DNA of 64,000 bases from Eledone cirrhosa (taxonomy: Eukaryota): the NCBI GenBank assembly GCA_964016885.1, contig OZ024740.1, positions 340,318,001 through 340,382,000 on the forward strand, read 5' to 3'. Position numbers and translations under genes: made by a program. The notes under the pieces were generated by a model. The model was not told the DNA's origin. It did not search any database and saw only the letters and a program-made list of their open reading frames with translations. Shown here piece by piece: positions 40,557 to 54,014 of the stretch; position 1 is the first letter of the stretch; every line of letters starts with the position of its first letter.

Positions 40557-41401
40557 ATCATCATCATCATCATCATTTTACGTCCGCTTTTCCCTGCTTG
40601 CAAGGGTGGGACGGGTCTTATTCAGCACAGCATCTCTCCACTCGTCACGGTCCCTCGTCATCTCCACCGTGAGCTTCAATGATCTGAGGTCTGTTCTCAC
40701 CACCTCCGCCCATGTTTTTCGTGGTCTACCTCTACCACGTCTTCCTTCAACTGGCATTTCCTGGCACTTCTTCACCCATCGGTCATCCTCCATGCGCATC
40801 ACATGTCCATACCACCTCAGTCACCTCTCCCGTACACTACATTCTATCCCTCTCAGACACAGTTTCTCTCTCAACACATTTACACTGCACATCCAATGGA
40901 GCATGCTTGCCTCATTTCTCTCCAGCCGTCGCATATCCTCTGCGGTTAATGCCCATGTCTCACTACCATGCAGCATCGCGCTCCTCACACAGGCATCATA
41001 CAACCGGCCTTTCGTACGCAGCGAGAAACCCTTCTTCAACAGAGGAAGCAGCTCCCTAAACTTCTTCCAACCCGTCCTTATTCTAGATACTATGGCCTCG
41101 GAACACCCTCCTCCCATGCTAATCTGATCTCCTAGGTACCGGAAGCTATCCACCACTTCTATAGCGCCCTCTCGCATTTGAAAAATGTGTCTATCAGTGC
41201 GACTTCTACCGTCTAATTTCCCTGTACATCTACTGCATACATATTTCTCCCTACCTGTTAGTTTGCTTGCTATCCCGCTACATCTCTTGTGTACCCAGGA
41301 CCTGCATTTTATAGAATTTATGCCAGTTCCTTTTCTGCATATCAAACATGGCCATTTCCCTGATGGAATCAGGGTTTTGTCCTCTTTTCTACTCATCAAC
41401 A
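40557..41401 (-). mobile_element. 5'-truncated RTE subfamily A copy with small deletions
   Basis: Reverse complement of about 33613-34493 with small indels and a stop codon. Confidence 0.95.
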
Positions 41402-41402
41402 C

Positions 41403-41460
<58 letters not shown>

Positions 41461-41461
41461 A

Positions 41462-41492
<31 letters not shown>

Positions 41493-41537
41493 ATTATATA
41501 TATAAAATATATTTATATATATATATATATATATATA

Positions 41538-41888
41538 TCATCATCATCATCATCATCATTTTTACGTCCGCTTTTCCCTGCTTGCAAGGGTGGGACGGGA
41601 ACTGATTCTGGCTTGATTTCTACAGCTGGATGCCCTTCCTAACACCAACCTCATTTACAGTGAGTACTGGGTGCTTTTTTTCCGTGGCGCCTACACGTCC
41701 ACTTTTACAGTGGAATGACAGGGACCCCAGTCCCTATCATCTCATCTCATTTCTACAGCTGAGTAAACTGGAGCAATGTGAAATAAAGTGTCTTGCTCAA
41801 GGAAACAACACATCACCTGGTCTGAGAATTGAACTCACAACCTTTCGATTGCAAGGCCAATGCTCTAACCACTAAGCCATGTGCCTCC
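41538..41888 (-). mobile_element. Young RTE-tailed SINE
   Basis: Same family as 17590-17926. Confidence 0.93.
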
Positions 41889-41919
<31 letters not shown>

Positions 41920-41982
41920 AATATATAAATATAAATATATATATATATAAATATATAAATATATAAATATAAATATAAATAT

Positions 41983-42055
<73 letters not shown>

Positions 42056-42104
42056 AATATATATATAAATATATATATAAATATATATATAAATATATAT
42101 ATAA

Positions 42105-42197
<93 letters not shown>

Positions 42198-42212
42198 TAT
42201 ATATAAATATAT

Positions 42213-42670
42213 ATGTCACTGGACCGAGACCTTTGGCGGTACTCAGTAACAGAGAAGACCCGCCTTACCTAAATATATAGTAAAACCTACTCCAGCCAGT
42301 AGGCATCTCTAACAAAATACACCCCGTCCCACCACCCCCACCCCCACCCGATCCACACCACCCCGTTCTATGTAAAGTTATGTTGGTGCCGCGCCTTCGA
42401 GGCCGAAACAAATGAGATCGTGTAGGTGTCACGACAAAAAAACACACAGTCCACGCTGTAATGTGGCCGTGTAGGCAACACGGTAAAAACCTCCCAGACC
42501 CACACTGTAAATGTGGTTGGTGTTAGGAAGGGCATCCAACTGTAGAAAACCTGCCAGACAGTCCTATGCGAGCAAGACAATCACTCTTGCCTCAAGTGGG
42601 ACTACCCCCGTCCAAACCCATGCAAGCGTGGAACACGGACGTTAAACGTTGATGATGATGATGATGATGA
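42213..42670 (+). mobile_element. Short 5'-truncated RTE subfamily B copy (mostly 3' UTR)
   Basis: Near-identical to 32395-32812. Confidence 0.93.
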
Positions 42671-43073
42671 TATAAATATATAAATATAAATATATATATA
42701 AATATATATATAAATATATATATAAATATATATATAAATATATATATAACTATATATATATATAACTATATATATATATAAATATAAATATATATAAATA
42801 TATATATATATAAATAAATATATATATAAATATAAATATATATATATAAATATATATATATATAAATATATATATATATAAATATATATATATATAAATA
42901 TATATATATATAAATATATATATATATAAATATATATATATAAATATATATATATAAATATATATATAAATATATATATATAAATATATATATATAAATA
43001 TATATATAAATATATATATAAATATATATATATAAATATATATATAAATATATATATAAATATATATATATAA

Positions 43074-43104
<31 letters not shown>

Positions 43105-43123
43105 AATATATATATATATAAAT

Positions 43124-43316
<193 letters not shown>

Positions 43317-43333
43317 AATATATATATATATAA

Positions 43334-43364
<31 letters not shown>

Positions 43365-43365
43365 A

Positions 43366-43396
<31 letters not shown>

Positions 43397-43689
43397 AATA
43401 TATATATATAAATATATATATATAAATATATATATATAAATATATATATATAAATATATATAAATAAATATATATAAATATATATATATATATATAAATA
43501 TATAAATATATATATATAAATATATATATATAAATATATATATATAAATATATATATATAAATATATATATATAAATATATATATATAAATATATATAAA
43601 TATATATATATAAATATATATATATAAATATATATAAATATATATATATAAATATATATAAATATATATATATAAATATATAAATATAT

Positions 43690-43722
<33 letters not shown>

Positions 43723-43910
43723 AATATATATATATAAATATATATATATAAATATATATATATAAATATATATATATAAATATATATATATAAATATATA
43801 TAAATATATATATATATAAATATATATAAATATATATATATATAAATATATATAAATATATATATATAAATATATATATATAAATATATATATATAAATA
43901 TATATATATA

Positions 43911-43950
<40 letters not shown>

Positions 43951-44251
43951 AATATATATAAATATATATATATATAAATATATATAAATATATATATATA
44001 AATATATATATATAAATATATATATATAAATATATATAAATATAAATATATATATATAAATATATATATATAAATATATATAAATATATACATATAAATA
44101 TATATAAATATATACATATAAATATATATAAATATATACATATATATATATAAATATATATAAATATATATATAAATATATATAAATATATATATATATA
44201 TATAAATATATATATAAATATATATAAATATATATATATAAATATATATAA

Positions 44252-44342
<91 letters not shown>

Positions 44343-44354
44343 AATATATATATA

Positions 44355-44388
<34 letters not shown>

Positions 44389-44466
44389 AATATATATATA
44401 TATAAATATATATAAATATATATATATATAAATAAAAATATATATATATAAATATATATAAATATA

Positions 44467-45971
44467 GTTATATTTGGGGAGGGTCATATTTGCGTAATAT
44501 TGCCAGAATTAATAACAGAACACACTCACTGTTTGGTTGGTTTTCGCTTCTCGCTGTCTTTTATATATATATATCTGCGATCTAACTTACTCGGTCCTCA
44601 ATGTTGCCATTGACTGACCGGCGGTCAAAAATAATACAGATACAATATAGACAAACACATATATATATAGTTTACATAAATCTTTCGTTGCACATCTGCA
44701 ACATCGTCAGTGGTGTTATATTCATTGTTCCTCCTGTTGTGTTGTATGTCTACGCCATTTTTTTGTTCAGTCTGTCTATATATTTATTTATTTATTTATT
44801 TGTTTGTTTGTTTATCTTATTTTATTTTGTCTTCTTTGCGCATGCGTTTGCGTGTGTGTATAGTGTTATGTGTGATGTGTGACTAGTGTGTATAGTGTTG
44901 TCTGCTGGGTGACTAGTGTGTGTTTATGTGCTTGTGTATGTATTTATTTATCTTATTTTATTTAATTTAATTTACTTATTTATTTATACTTCTCTTAGGT
45001 CAGTGTTGTTTGTTTGGGTGTTGTTGTTGTTCCACTCATTCTTTCTGTTTAGCTTTGGTCTTCTAATTTCTATTTCACTGGCCTCTCTGATTTGCCTATC
45101 TGCTGGGTCATTCCTATGTTTAGATATTATTCTAATTTCTATGTTGTCTATGTTACCGTCATGATGTTGTCTAGCATGTTCGTATAGTACTGACCCGTTT
45201 TTTCGTCCTTTTAGTTCCCCCCAGTGTTGGTCTATCCTTTCACCTATGCTACGAGCTGTCTCACCTATGTATGTTGTTGTCGTGTTTCTGCAAGTACCCT
45301 CTGTACATCTTATGCTATAGACTACGTTTCTAGTTTTACAGTTTATCCGGGGGTTCACCTTACATATGATACATTTCCTATTGGTACAGTGGGTTTTCTT
45401 AAAAGGGTAGGTTTTGCTGATCAGGGATTTTATGGTGGTTCCTGGCTTTTCTACCACCTTTATTTTTAAGTGGGTCTTTCTCAGGGCCTTTCTACACTGG
45501 TTAGCTAATTTCCCTCCAGGGGTGGCGTCCACAAACATGACACTCTGATATCTCTGGTTGTCGTACCATGATGTGGCCTTCCCTATCTTATGTCTAGCCC
45601 TATCTAAGCTATTCCATGATTTGCTCCTGTATAGTGGGCAAATTCCTTTCATGTCCAGTTCTATGAGGGTCTTATACTTTTCCATGGCTCCTTCGTATAC
45701 TCTGACTCTGTCTCTTTGGTTGTAGCCAGAGAACTGCATGCGGTTGATGAAGTGTTGGATGTGTCCTTCCATTTCTGTTGGGTCGCACATGCTGGACACA
45801 TTCTTCATCACTCGTACCAAATCTGCGATCAGAATATTAAACTTAGCACTACTGGACATTGCTGAGTTTTTGAGTATCAGGTATTTGGAGGCCATGGGTT
45901 TAGCATAGTGTGAGTGGAGAATTTGGGCTCTCTCGTCTATAGTGTTAATCCAGAGTTCTGTGTCTAATACA
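44467..45971 (-). mobile_element. Inverted duplicate of the 3' 1.5 kb of the Penelope-like element
   Basis: Reverse complement of 46273-47773. The translation at 44984-45971 is identical, and the arms differ by one AAAT unit in the 3' UTR. Confidence 0.95.
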
Positions 45972-46030
45972 CCCAAAATGAGGGAGCAGCCATCGGCGTC
46001 AGCATAGCTGGCGATGTTGCCAACCTTTTC

Positions 46031-47260
46031 ATGGTATGGTGGGAAAGGAGACTTAAAGATCTCCTTAATGAAAGCTCCATAGACCTCATCATGTACTCTC
46101 GTTATGTAGACGATATCAATATAGTTATAAGAACACCCCCACTAGAGAGCACTAACAAGTTTGATTTAGAACGTAGCACGATGGAAAGCATCCAGCAGAT
46201 AGCTAATTCCATACACCAGAGTATAACTGTAACTATAGACTTCCCTTCCAAACACCCTAACAATAGACTACCTGTATTAGACACAGAACTCTGGATTAAC
46301 ACTATAGACGAGAGAGCCCAAATTCTCCACTCACACTATGCTAAACCCATGGCCTCCAAATACCTGATACTCAAAAACTCAGCAATGTCCAGTAGTGCTA
46401 AGTTTAATATTCTGATCGCAGATTTGGTACGAGTGATGAAGAATGTGTCCAGCATGTGCGACCCAACAGAAATGGAAGGACACATCCAACACTTCATCAA
46501 CCGCATGCAGTTCTCTGGCTACAACCAAAGAGACAGAGTCAGAGTATACGAAGGAGCCATGGAAAAGTATAAGACCCTCATAGAACTGGACATGAAAGGA
46601 ATTTGCCCACTATACAGGAGCAAATCATGGAATAGCTTAGATAGGGCTAGACATAAGATAGGGAAGGCCACATCATGGTACGACAACCAGAGATATCAGA
46701 GTGTCATGTTTGTGGACGCCACCCCTGGAGGGAAATTAGCTAACCAGTGTAGAAAGGCCCTGAGAAAGACCCACTTAAAAATAAAGGTGGTAGAAAAGCC
46801 AGGAACCACCATAAAATCCCTGATCAGCAAAACCTACCCTTTTAAGAAAACCCACTGTACCAATAGGAAATGTATCATATGTAAGGTGAACCCCCGGATA
46901 AACTGTAAAACTAGAAACGTAGTCTATAGCATAAGATGTACAGAGGGTACTTGCAGAAACACGACAACAACATACATAGGTGAGACAGCTCGTAGCATAG
47001 GTGAAAGGATAGACCAACACTGGGGGGAACTAAAAGGACGAAAAAACGGGTCAGTACTATACGAACATGCTAGACAACATCATGACGGTAACATAGACAA
47101 CATAGAAATTAGAATAATATCTAAACATAGGAATGACCCAGCAGATAGGCAAATCAGAGAGGCCAGTGAAATAGAAATTAGAAGACCAAAGCTAAACAGA
47201 AAGAATGAGTGGAACAACAACAACACCCAAACAAACAACACTGACCTAAGAGAAGTATAA
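46031..47260 (+). pseudogene. PLE RT C-terminal half + GIY-YIG endonuclease (409 aa open; N-terminus missing)
   Basis: ORF track and the motifs above. The frame extends upstream to the inversion junction at about 45972. Confidence 0.9.
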
Positions 47261-47520
47261 ATAAATAAGTAAATTAAATTAAATAAAATAAGATAAATAA
47301 ATACATACACAAGCACATAAACACACACTAGTCACCCAGCAGACAACACTATACACACTAGTCACACATCACACATAACACTATACACACACGCAAACGC
47401 ATGCGCAAAGAAGACAAAATAAAATAAGATAAACAAACAAACAAATAAATAAATAAATATATAGACAGACTGAACAAAAAAATGGCGTAGACATACAACA
47501 CAACAGGAGGAACAATGAAT

Positions 47521-47570
47521 ATAACACCACTGACGATGTTGCAGATGTGCAACGAAAGATTTATGTAAAC
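47521..47570 (+). ncRNA. Candidate hammerhead core in the PLE 3' region (mirrored at about 44670-44720 on the minus strand)
   Basis: CTGACGA-T-GTTGCA(GATG)TGCAAC-GAAA-GATTTA. Stem II is a perfect 6 bp but stem I pairing is poor. Confidence 0.55.
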
Positions 47571-47982
47571 TATATATATATGTGTTTGTCTATATTGTAT
47601 CTGTATTATTTTTGACCGCCGGTCAGTCAATGGCAACATTGAGGACCGAGTAAGTTAGATCGCAGATATATATATATAAAAGACAGCGAGAAGCGAAAAC
47701 CAACCAAACAGTGAGTGTGTTCTGTTATTAATTCTGGCAATATTACGCAAATATGACCCTCCCCAAATATAACAATATCTGTTTCGACACACGATTTCAT
47801 ATAAAAAACCTCGCAAAACTAATTCATCGCCGCTATATAAATATATATATATGCAAAGTTTTATTTAAATTGTTGGGTTAACAACGAGTAAATATTTATA
47901 ACTGATATAAAAGCACTCAACAAGTATTTGGAGTATATTTACGATATTAAATAAATGGAAACTATATTTATAAAACCATATT

Positions 47983-48048
47983 TATTTCATTATATATATT
48001 TCAGGGACATCATATTAAAAATATGTTATGCCTTCTTCAGACAAAATA
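47983..48048 (-). ncRNA. Minimal hammerhead ribozyme in a separate PLE-like remnant (about 47780-48130, minus strand)
   Basis: Reverse complement: TATTTTGT-CTGAAGA-AGGCATAACATATT(TTT)AATATGATGTCCCT-GAAA-TATATA-TA-ATGAAATA. Stem I is 8 bp with two GU pairs, stem II is long and bulged, and stem III is palindromic. Confidence 0.72.
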
Positions 48049-48147
48049 CAATATAAACAGTCTTATAAATAGATAGATTCGACATACCTTTCAACTTCGA
48101 CTTCTATTTGAAAAGTTGATTTGGTATTTATTATAAATATATATTTA

Positions 48148-48211
<64 letters not shown>

Positions 48212-48220
48212 AATATATAT

Positions 48221-48253
<33 letters not shown>

Positions 48254-48256
48254 AAT

Positions 48257-48313
<57 letters not shown>

Positions 48314-48402
48314 AATATATATATATATAAATATATATATATATAAATATATATAAATATATATATATATATAAATATATATATATATAAATATATATAA
48401 AT

Positions 48403-48469
<67 letters not shown>

Positions 48470-48498
48470 AATATATAAATATATATAAATATATATAA

Positions 48499-48531
<33 letters not shown>

Positions 48532-48615
48532 AATATATATATAAATATATATATAAATATATATATAAATATATATATATAAATATATATATAAATATAT
48601 ATATAAATATATATA

Positions 48616-48715
<100 letters not shown>

Positions 48716-48771
48716 TATATATATATATATATATAAATATATATAAATATATATATATAAATATATATATA

Positions 48772-48989
<218 letters not shown>

Positions 48990-49027
48990 AATATATATAT
49001 ATATTTATATATATATATATTTATATT

Positions 49028-49139
<112 letters not shown>

Positions 49140-49291
49140 AATATATTCTGAGTCCAGAATTAGCCGTCGAAACGGCTTGAGCTCAGCTGTCGGGGTCTTA
49201 CTGGTTCCTATTACCCACTCTACTACCTCAAGTATTGAGTACTTTGGTGCGTTATGGTCCACCTGGTTCCTTACCACATTTCCTTCGTTAT

Positions 49292-49326
<35 letters not shown>

Positions 49327-49335
49327 AATATAAAT

Positions 49336-49386
<51 letters not shown>

Positions 49387-49419
49387 AAATATATATATAT
49401 ATATATAAAATATATATAA

Positions 49420-49550
<131 letters not shown>

Positions 49551-49763
49551 TAAATATATATATAAATATATATATAAATATAAATATATAAATATATATA
49601 TAAATATATATATAAATATATATATAAATATATAAATATATATATATATATATATAAATATATATATAAATATATAAATATATATATATATATATAAATA
49701 TATATATAAATATATATATAAATATATATATAAATATATATATAAATATATATATATATAAAT

Positions 49764-49796
<33 letters not shown>

Positions 49797-49849
49797 AATA
49801 TATATATAAATATATATATAAATATATATATATAAATATATATATATAA

Positions 49850-49958
<109 letters not shown>

Positions 49959-50020
49959 ATATAAATATATATATATATAAATATATATATAAATATATAT
50001 ATATATAAATATATATATAA

Positions 50021-50071
<51 letters not shown>

Positions 50072-50072
50072 A

Positions 50073-50109
<37 letters not shown>

Positions 50110-50110
50110 A

Positions 50111-50141
<31 letters not shown>

Positions 50142-50142
50142 A

Positions 50143-50177
<35 letters not shown>

Positions 50178-50178
50178 A

Positions 50179-50237
<59 letters not shown>

Positions 50238-50260
50238 AATATATATATATATACAAATAT

Positions 50261-50295
<35 letters not shown>

Positions 50296-50296
50296 A

Positions 50297-50331
<35 letters not shown>

Positions 50332-50348
50332 AATATATATATATATAA

Positions 50349-50385
<37 letters not shown>

Positions 50386-50410
50386 AATATATATATAAAT
50401 ATATATATAA

Positions 50411-50501
<91 letters not shown>

Positions 50502-50519
50502 ATATAAATATATATATAA

Positions 50520-50554
<35 letters not shown>

Positions 50555-50675
50555 TATATATAAATAAATATATATATATATATAAATATATATATAAATA
50601 AATATATATATATATATAAATATATATATAAATATATATATAAATATATATATATATAAATATATATATAAATAT

Positions 50676-50708
<33 letters not shown>

Positions 50709-50931
50709 AATATATATATAAATATATATATATATAAAATATATATATATATATATATATAAATATATATATAAATATATATATATATAAATATATATAT
50801 ACAAATATATATATATATAAATATATATATTACAAATATATATATATATATATAAATATATATATACAAATATATGAATATATATATACAAATATATATA
50901 TATATATAAATATATATATATATACAAATAT

Positions 50932-50964
<33 letters not shown>

Positions 50965-50965
50965 A

Positions 50966-51082
<117 letters not shown>

Positions 51083-51102
51083 TATAAATATATATATATA
51101 TT

Positions 51103-51144
<42 letters not shown>

Positions 51145-51323
51145 TATATAAAAATATATATATATAAATATATATAATATAATATTATATATATATATAA
51201 TATAATATAATATATATATAAATATATATATATATAAATATATATATAAATATATATATAAATATATATATAAATATATAATATAAATATATGTAAATAT
51301 ATATATATAAATATATATATATA

Positions 51324-51363
<40 letters not shown>

Positions 51364-51612
51364 AATATATATATAATATATATATAAATATATAAATATA
51401 AATATATGTAAATTATATATATATAAATATATATATATAAATATATATATATAAATATATATATTATAAATATATATATATATATAAATATATGTAGATA
51501 AATCTACCAAGAGTTTACGGTAGTGTCCAATCCGTATGAAGAACTCAATGTATTCCGGATATCATGGAAAGAAGAGATGTAATGAAAAATCACTTTCGGT
51601 GAAAGATAAAAG

Positions 51613-51760
51613 ATTATTTCTGAAGACGGCGTATATATGTGTTGGTATGTATATTTAATCTTGATAATTTGTATAATTTTGTATAATTTTGTACATAGAT
51701 CTGTTGAATATGCATACCAATTCTAACACATATATATCCTAGAAACGATCGTTAAATAAT
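51613..51760 (+). ncRNA. Hammerhead ribozyme with a greatly extended stem II, in a PLE-like 3' remnant (about 51495-51800)
   Basis: ATTATTT-CTGAAGA-[about 115 nt including TATATATGTGTTG / TAACACATATATA]-GAAA-CGATCG-TT-AAATAAT. Stem I is a perfect 7 bp and ACGATCGT is palindromic. Confidence 0.68.
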
Positions 51761-51907
51761 GAACTTTTTTTGTTTAATATAAGGAATTGTTTATTCATTA
51801 TTTGTTTAATATTTTATATATAAATATATATATAAATATAAATATATATATAAATATATATATAAATAGATATATATATATAAATATATATATAAATATA
51901 TATATAA

Positions 51908-51953
<46 letters not shown>

Positions 51954-51957
<4 letters not shown>

Positions 51958-52293
51958 CACATGGCTTAGTGGTTAGAAGCATTGGCCTTGCAATCGAAAG
52001 GTGTGAGTTCCATTCTCAGACCGGGTGATGTGTTGTTTCCTTGAGCAAGGACACTTTATTTTTCATTGCTCCAGTTTACTCATCTGTAGAAATGATAGGG
52101 ACTGGGGACCATATCATTCCACTGCAAAGTGGTCGTGGAGGTGCCACAGCAAAAAAGCACCCAGCACTCACTATAAATGAGGTTGCTGTTAGGAAGGGCA
52201 TCCAGCTGTAGAAATCAAGCCAGAATCATTTCCCGTCCCACCCTTGCAAGCAGGGAAAAGCGGACGTAAAATGAAATGATGATGATGATGATG
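51954..52293 (+). mobile_element. Young RTE-tailed SINE preceded by (GA)n
   Basis: Same family as 17590-17926. Confidence 0.92.
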
Positions 52294-52738
52294 ATATATA
52301 TTATGTGTGATGCATATATATTTATATATATATATAATATATTATAAATATATATTATGTGCGATTGTATATATATTTATATATATATATACATATATAT
52401 TATGTGTGGTGTATATATATATATTATGTGTGATGTATATATATATATATATATATTTATGTGCGATATATATATATATATATATAATGTGTGATATATA
52501 TATATAATGTGTGATGTATATATATATATATAATGTGTGATGTATATATATATATATATAAAATGTGTGATGTATATATATATATAAAATGTGTGATGTT
52601 ATATATATATATATATATAAAATGTGTGATATATATATATATATAAAATGTGTGATATATATATATATATAAAATGTGTGATATATATATATATATAAAA
52701 TGTGTGATATATATATATATATATATATATATAATGTG

Positions 52739-52815
<77 letters not shown>

Positions 52816-52817
52816 GT

Positions 52818-52898
<81 letters not shown>

Positions 52899-53630
52899 GT
52901 GATATATATATATATATATATATAATGTGATATAATATATATATATATAATGTGTGATATATATATATATAATGTGTGATATATATATATATAATGTGCG
53001 ATATATATATATATATAATGTGCGATATATATATATATATAATGTGTGATATATATATATATATATAATGTGTGATATATATATATATATAATGTGTGAT
53101 ATATATATATATATATAATGTGTGATATATATATATATTATGTGTGATGTATATATATATATATATTATGTGTGATGTATATATATATATATATATTATG
53201 TGTGATGTATATATATATATATATATTATGTGTGAAGTATATATATATATATATATATTATGTGTGAAGTATATATATATATATTATGTGTGATGTATAT
53301 ATATATATATTATGTGTGATGTATATATATATATATTATGTGTGATGTATATATATATATATTATGTGTGATGTATATATATATATATTATGTGTGATGT
53401 ATATATATATATTATGTGTGATGTATATATATATATTATGTGTGATGTATATATATATATTATGTGTGATGTATATATATATATTATGTGTGATGTATAT
53501 ATATATATATATTATGTGTGATGTATATATATATATATTATGTGTGATGTATATATATATTATGTGTGATGTATATATATATATATATATTATGTGTGAT
53601 GTATATATATATATATATATATATTATGTG

Positions 53631-53673
<43 letters not shown>

Positions 53674-53981
53674 CACTGTACCTGTATATATAATCACGGA
53701 GAATGTCTATTATTATAAAAATTAGTGAGTCCTAAACTATTTATTATTGAAACCAACAGGCAGGCAAGTGACAGAGAAAACAAACGGATAGATGGATATG
53801 TGATGGATACGGAGGAACAAACAGACATAGATATGTGTGAGTTATTTTTTTAGTCTAAAATGTAATGAAAAAATATATACATATATTATAAGTAATGTTT
53901 ATAAAACAGAAATATTTATTATCTGGTCTTTCATATAACCTGGATTGTCACTTCAGAAATTATTTATATAAAATGTATGAG

Positions 53982-54014
<33 letters not shown>

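Larger units (their letters stand above)
45972..47773 (+). mobile_element. 5'-truncated Penelope-like retroelement (PLE) with a Cys-rich linker (Naiad/Neptune-like)
   Basis: Open frame from the junction: QNEGAAIGVSIAGDVANLFM (RT motif 4), RYVDD, LPVLD, C..C..C...C linker, then GIY-YIG-type NVVY...YIGETAR...ER..QH...RQIREA..I....LNRK. Confidence 0.93.

Noticed and set aside
44984-45976. Independent 330-aa endonuclease gene
   Set aside because: It is the inverted arm of the PLE. Its apparent start is a non-ATG codon created by the inversion junction.
46031-47400. Selenocysteine recoding, reported for some Naiad PLEs
   Set aside because: There is no in-frame TGA in the visible ORF, the stop is TAA, and I could not recognise a SECIS by eye. 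The missing N-terminal half cannot be assessed.
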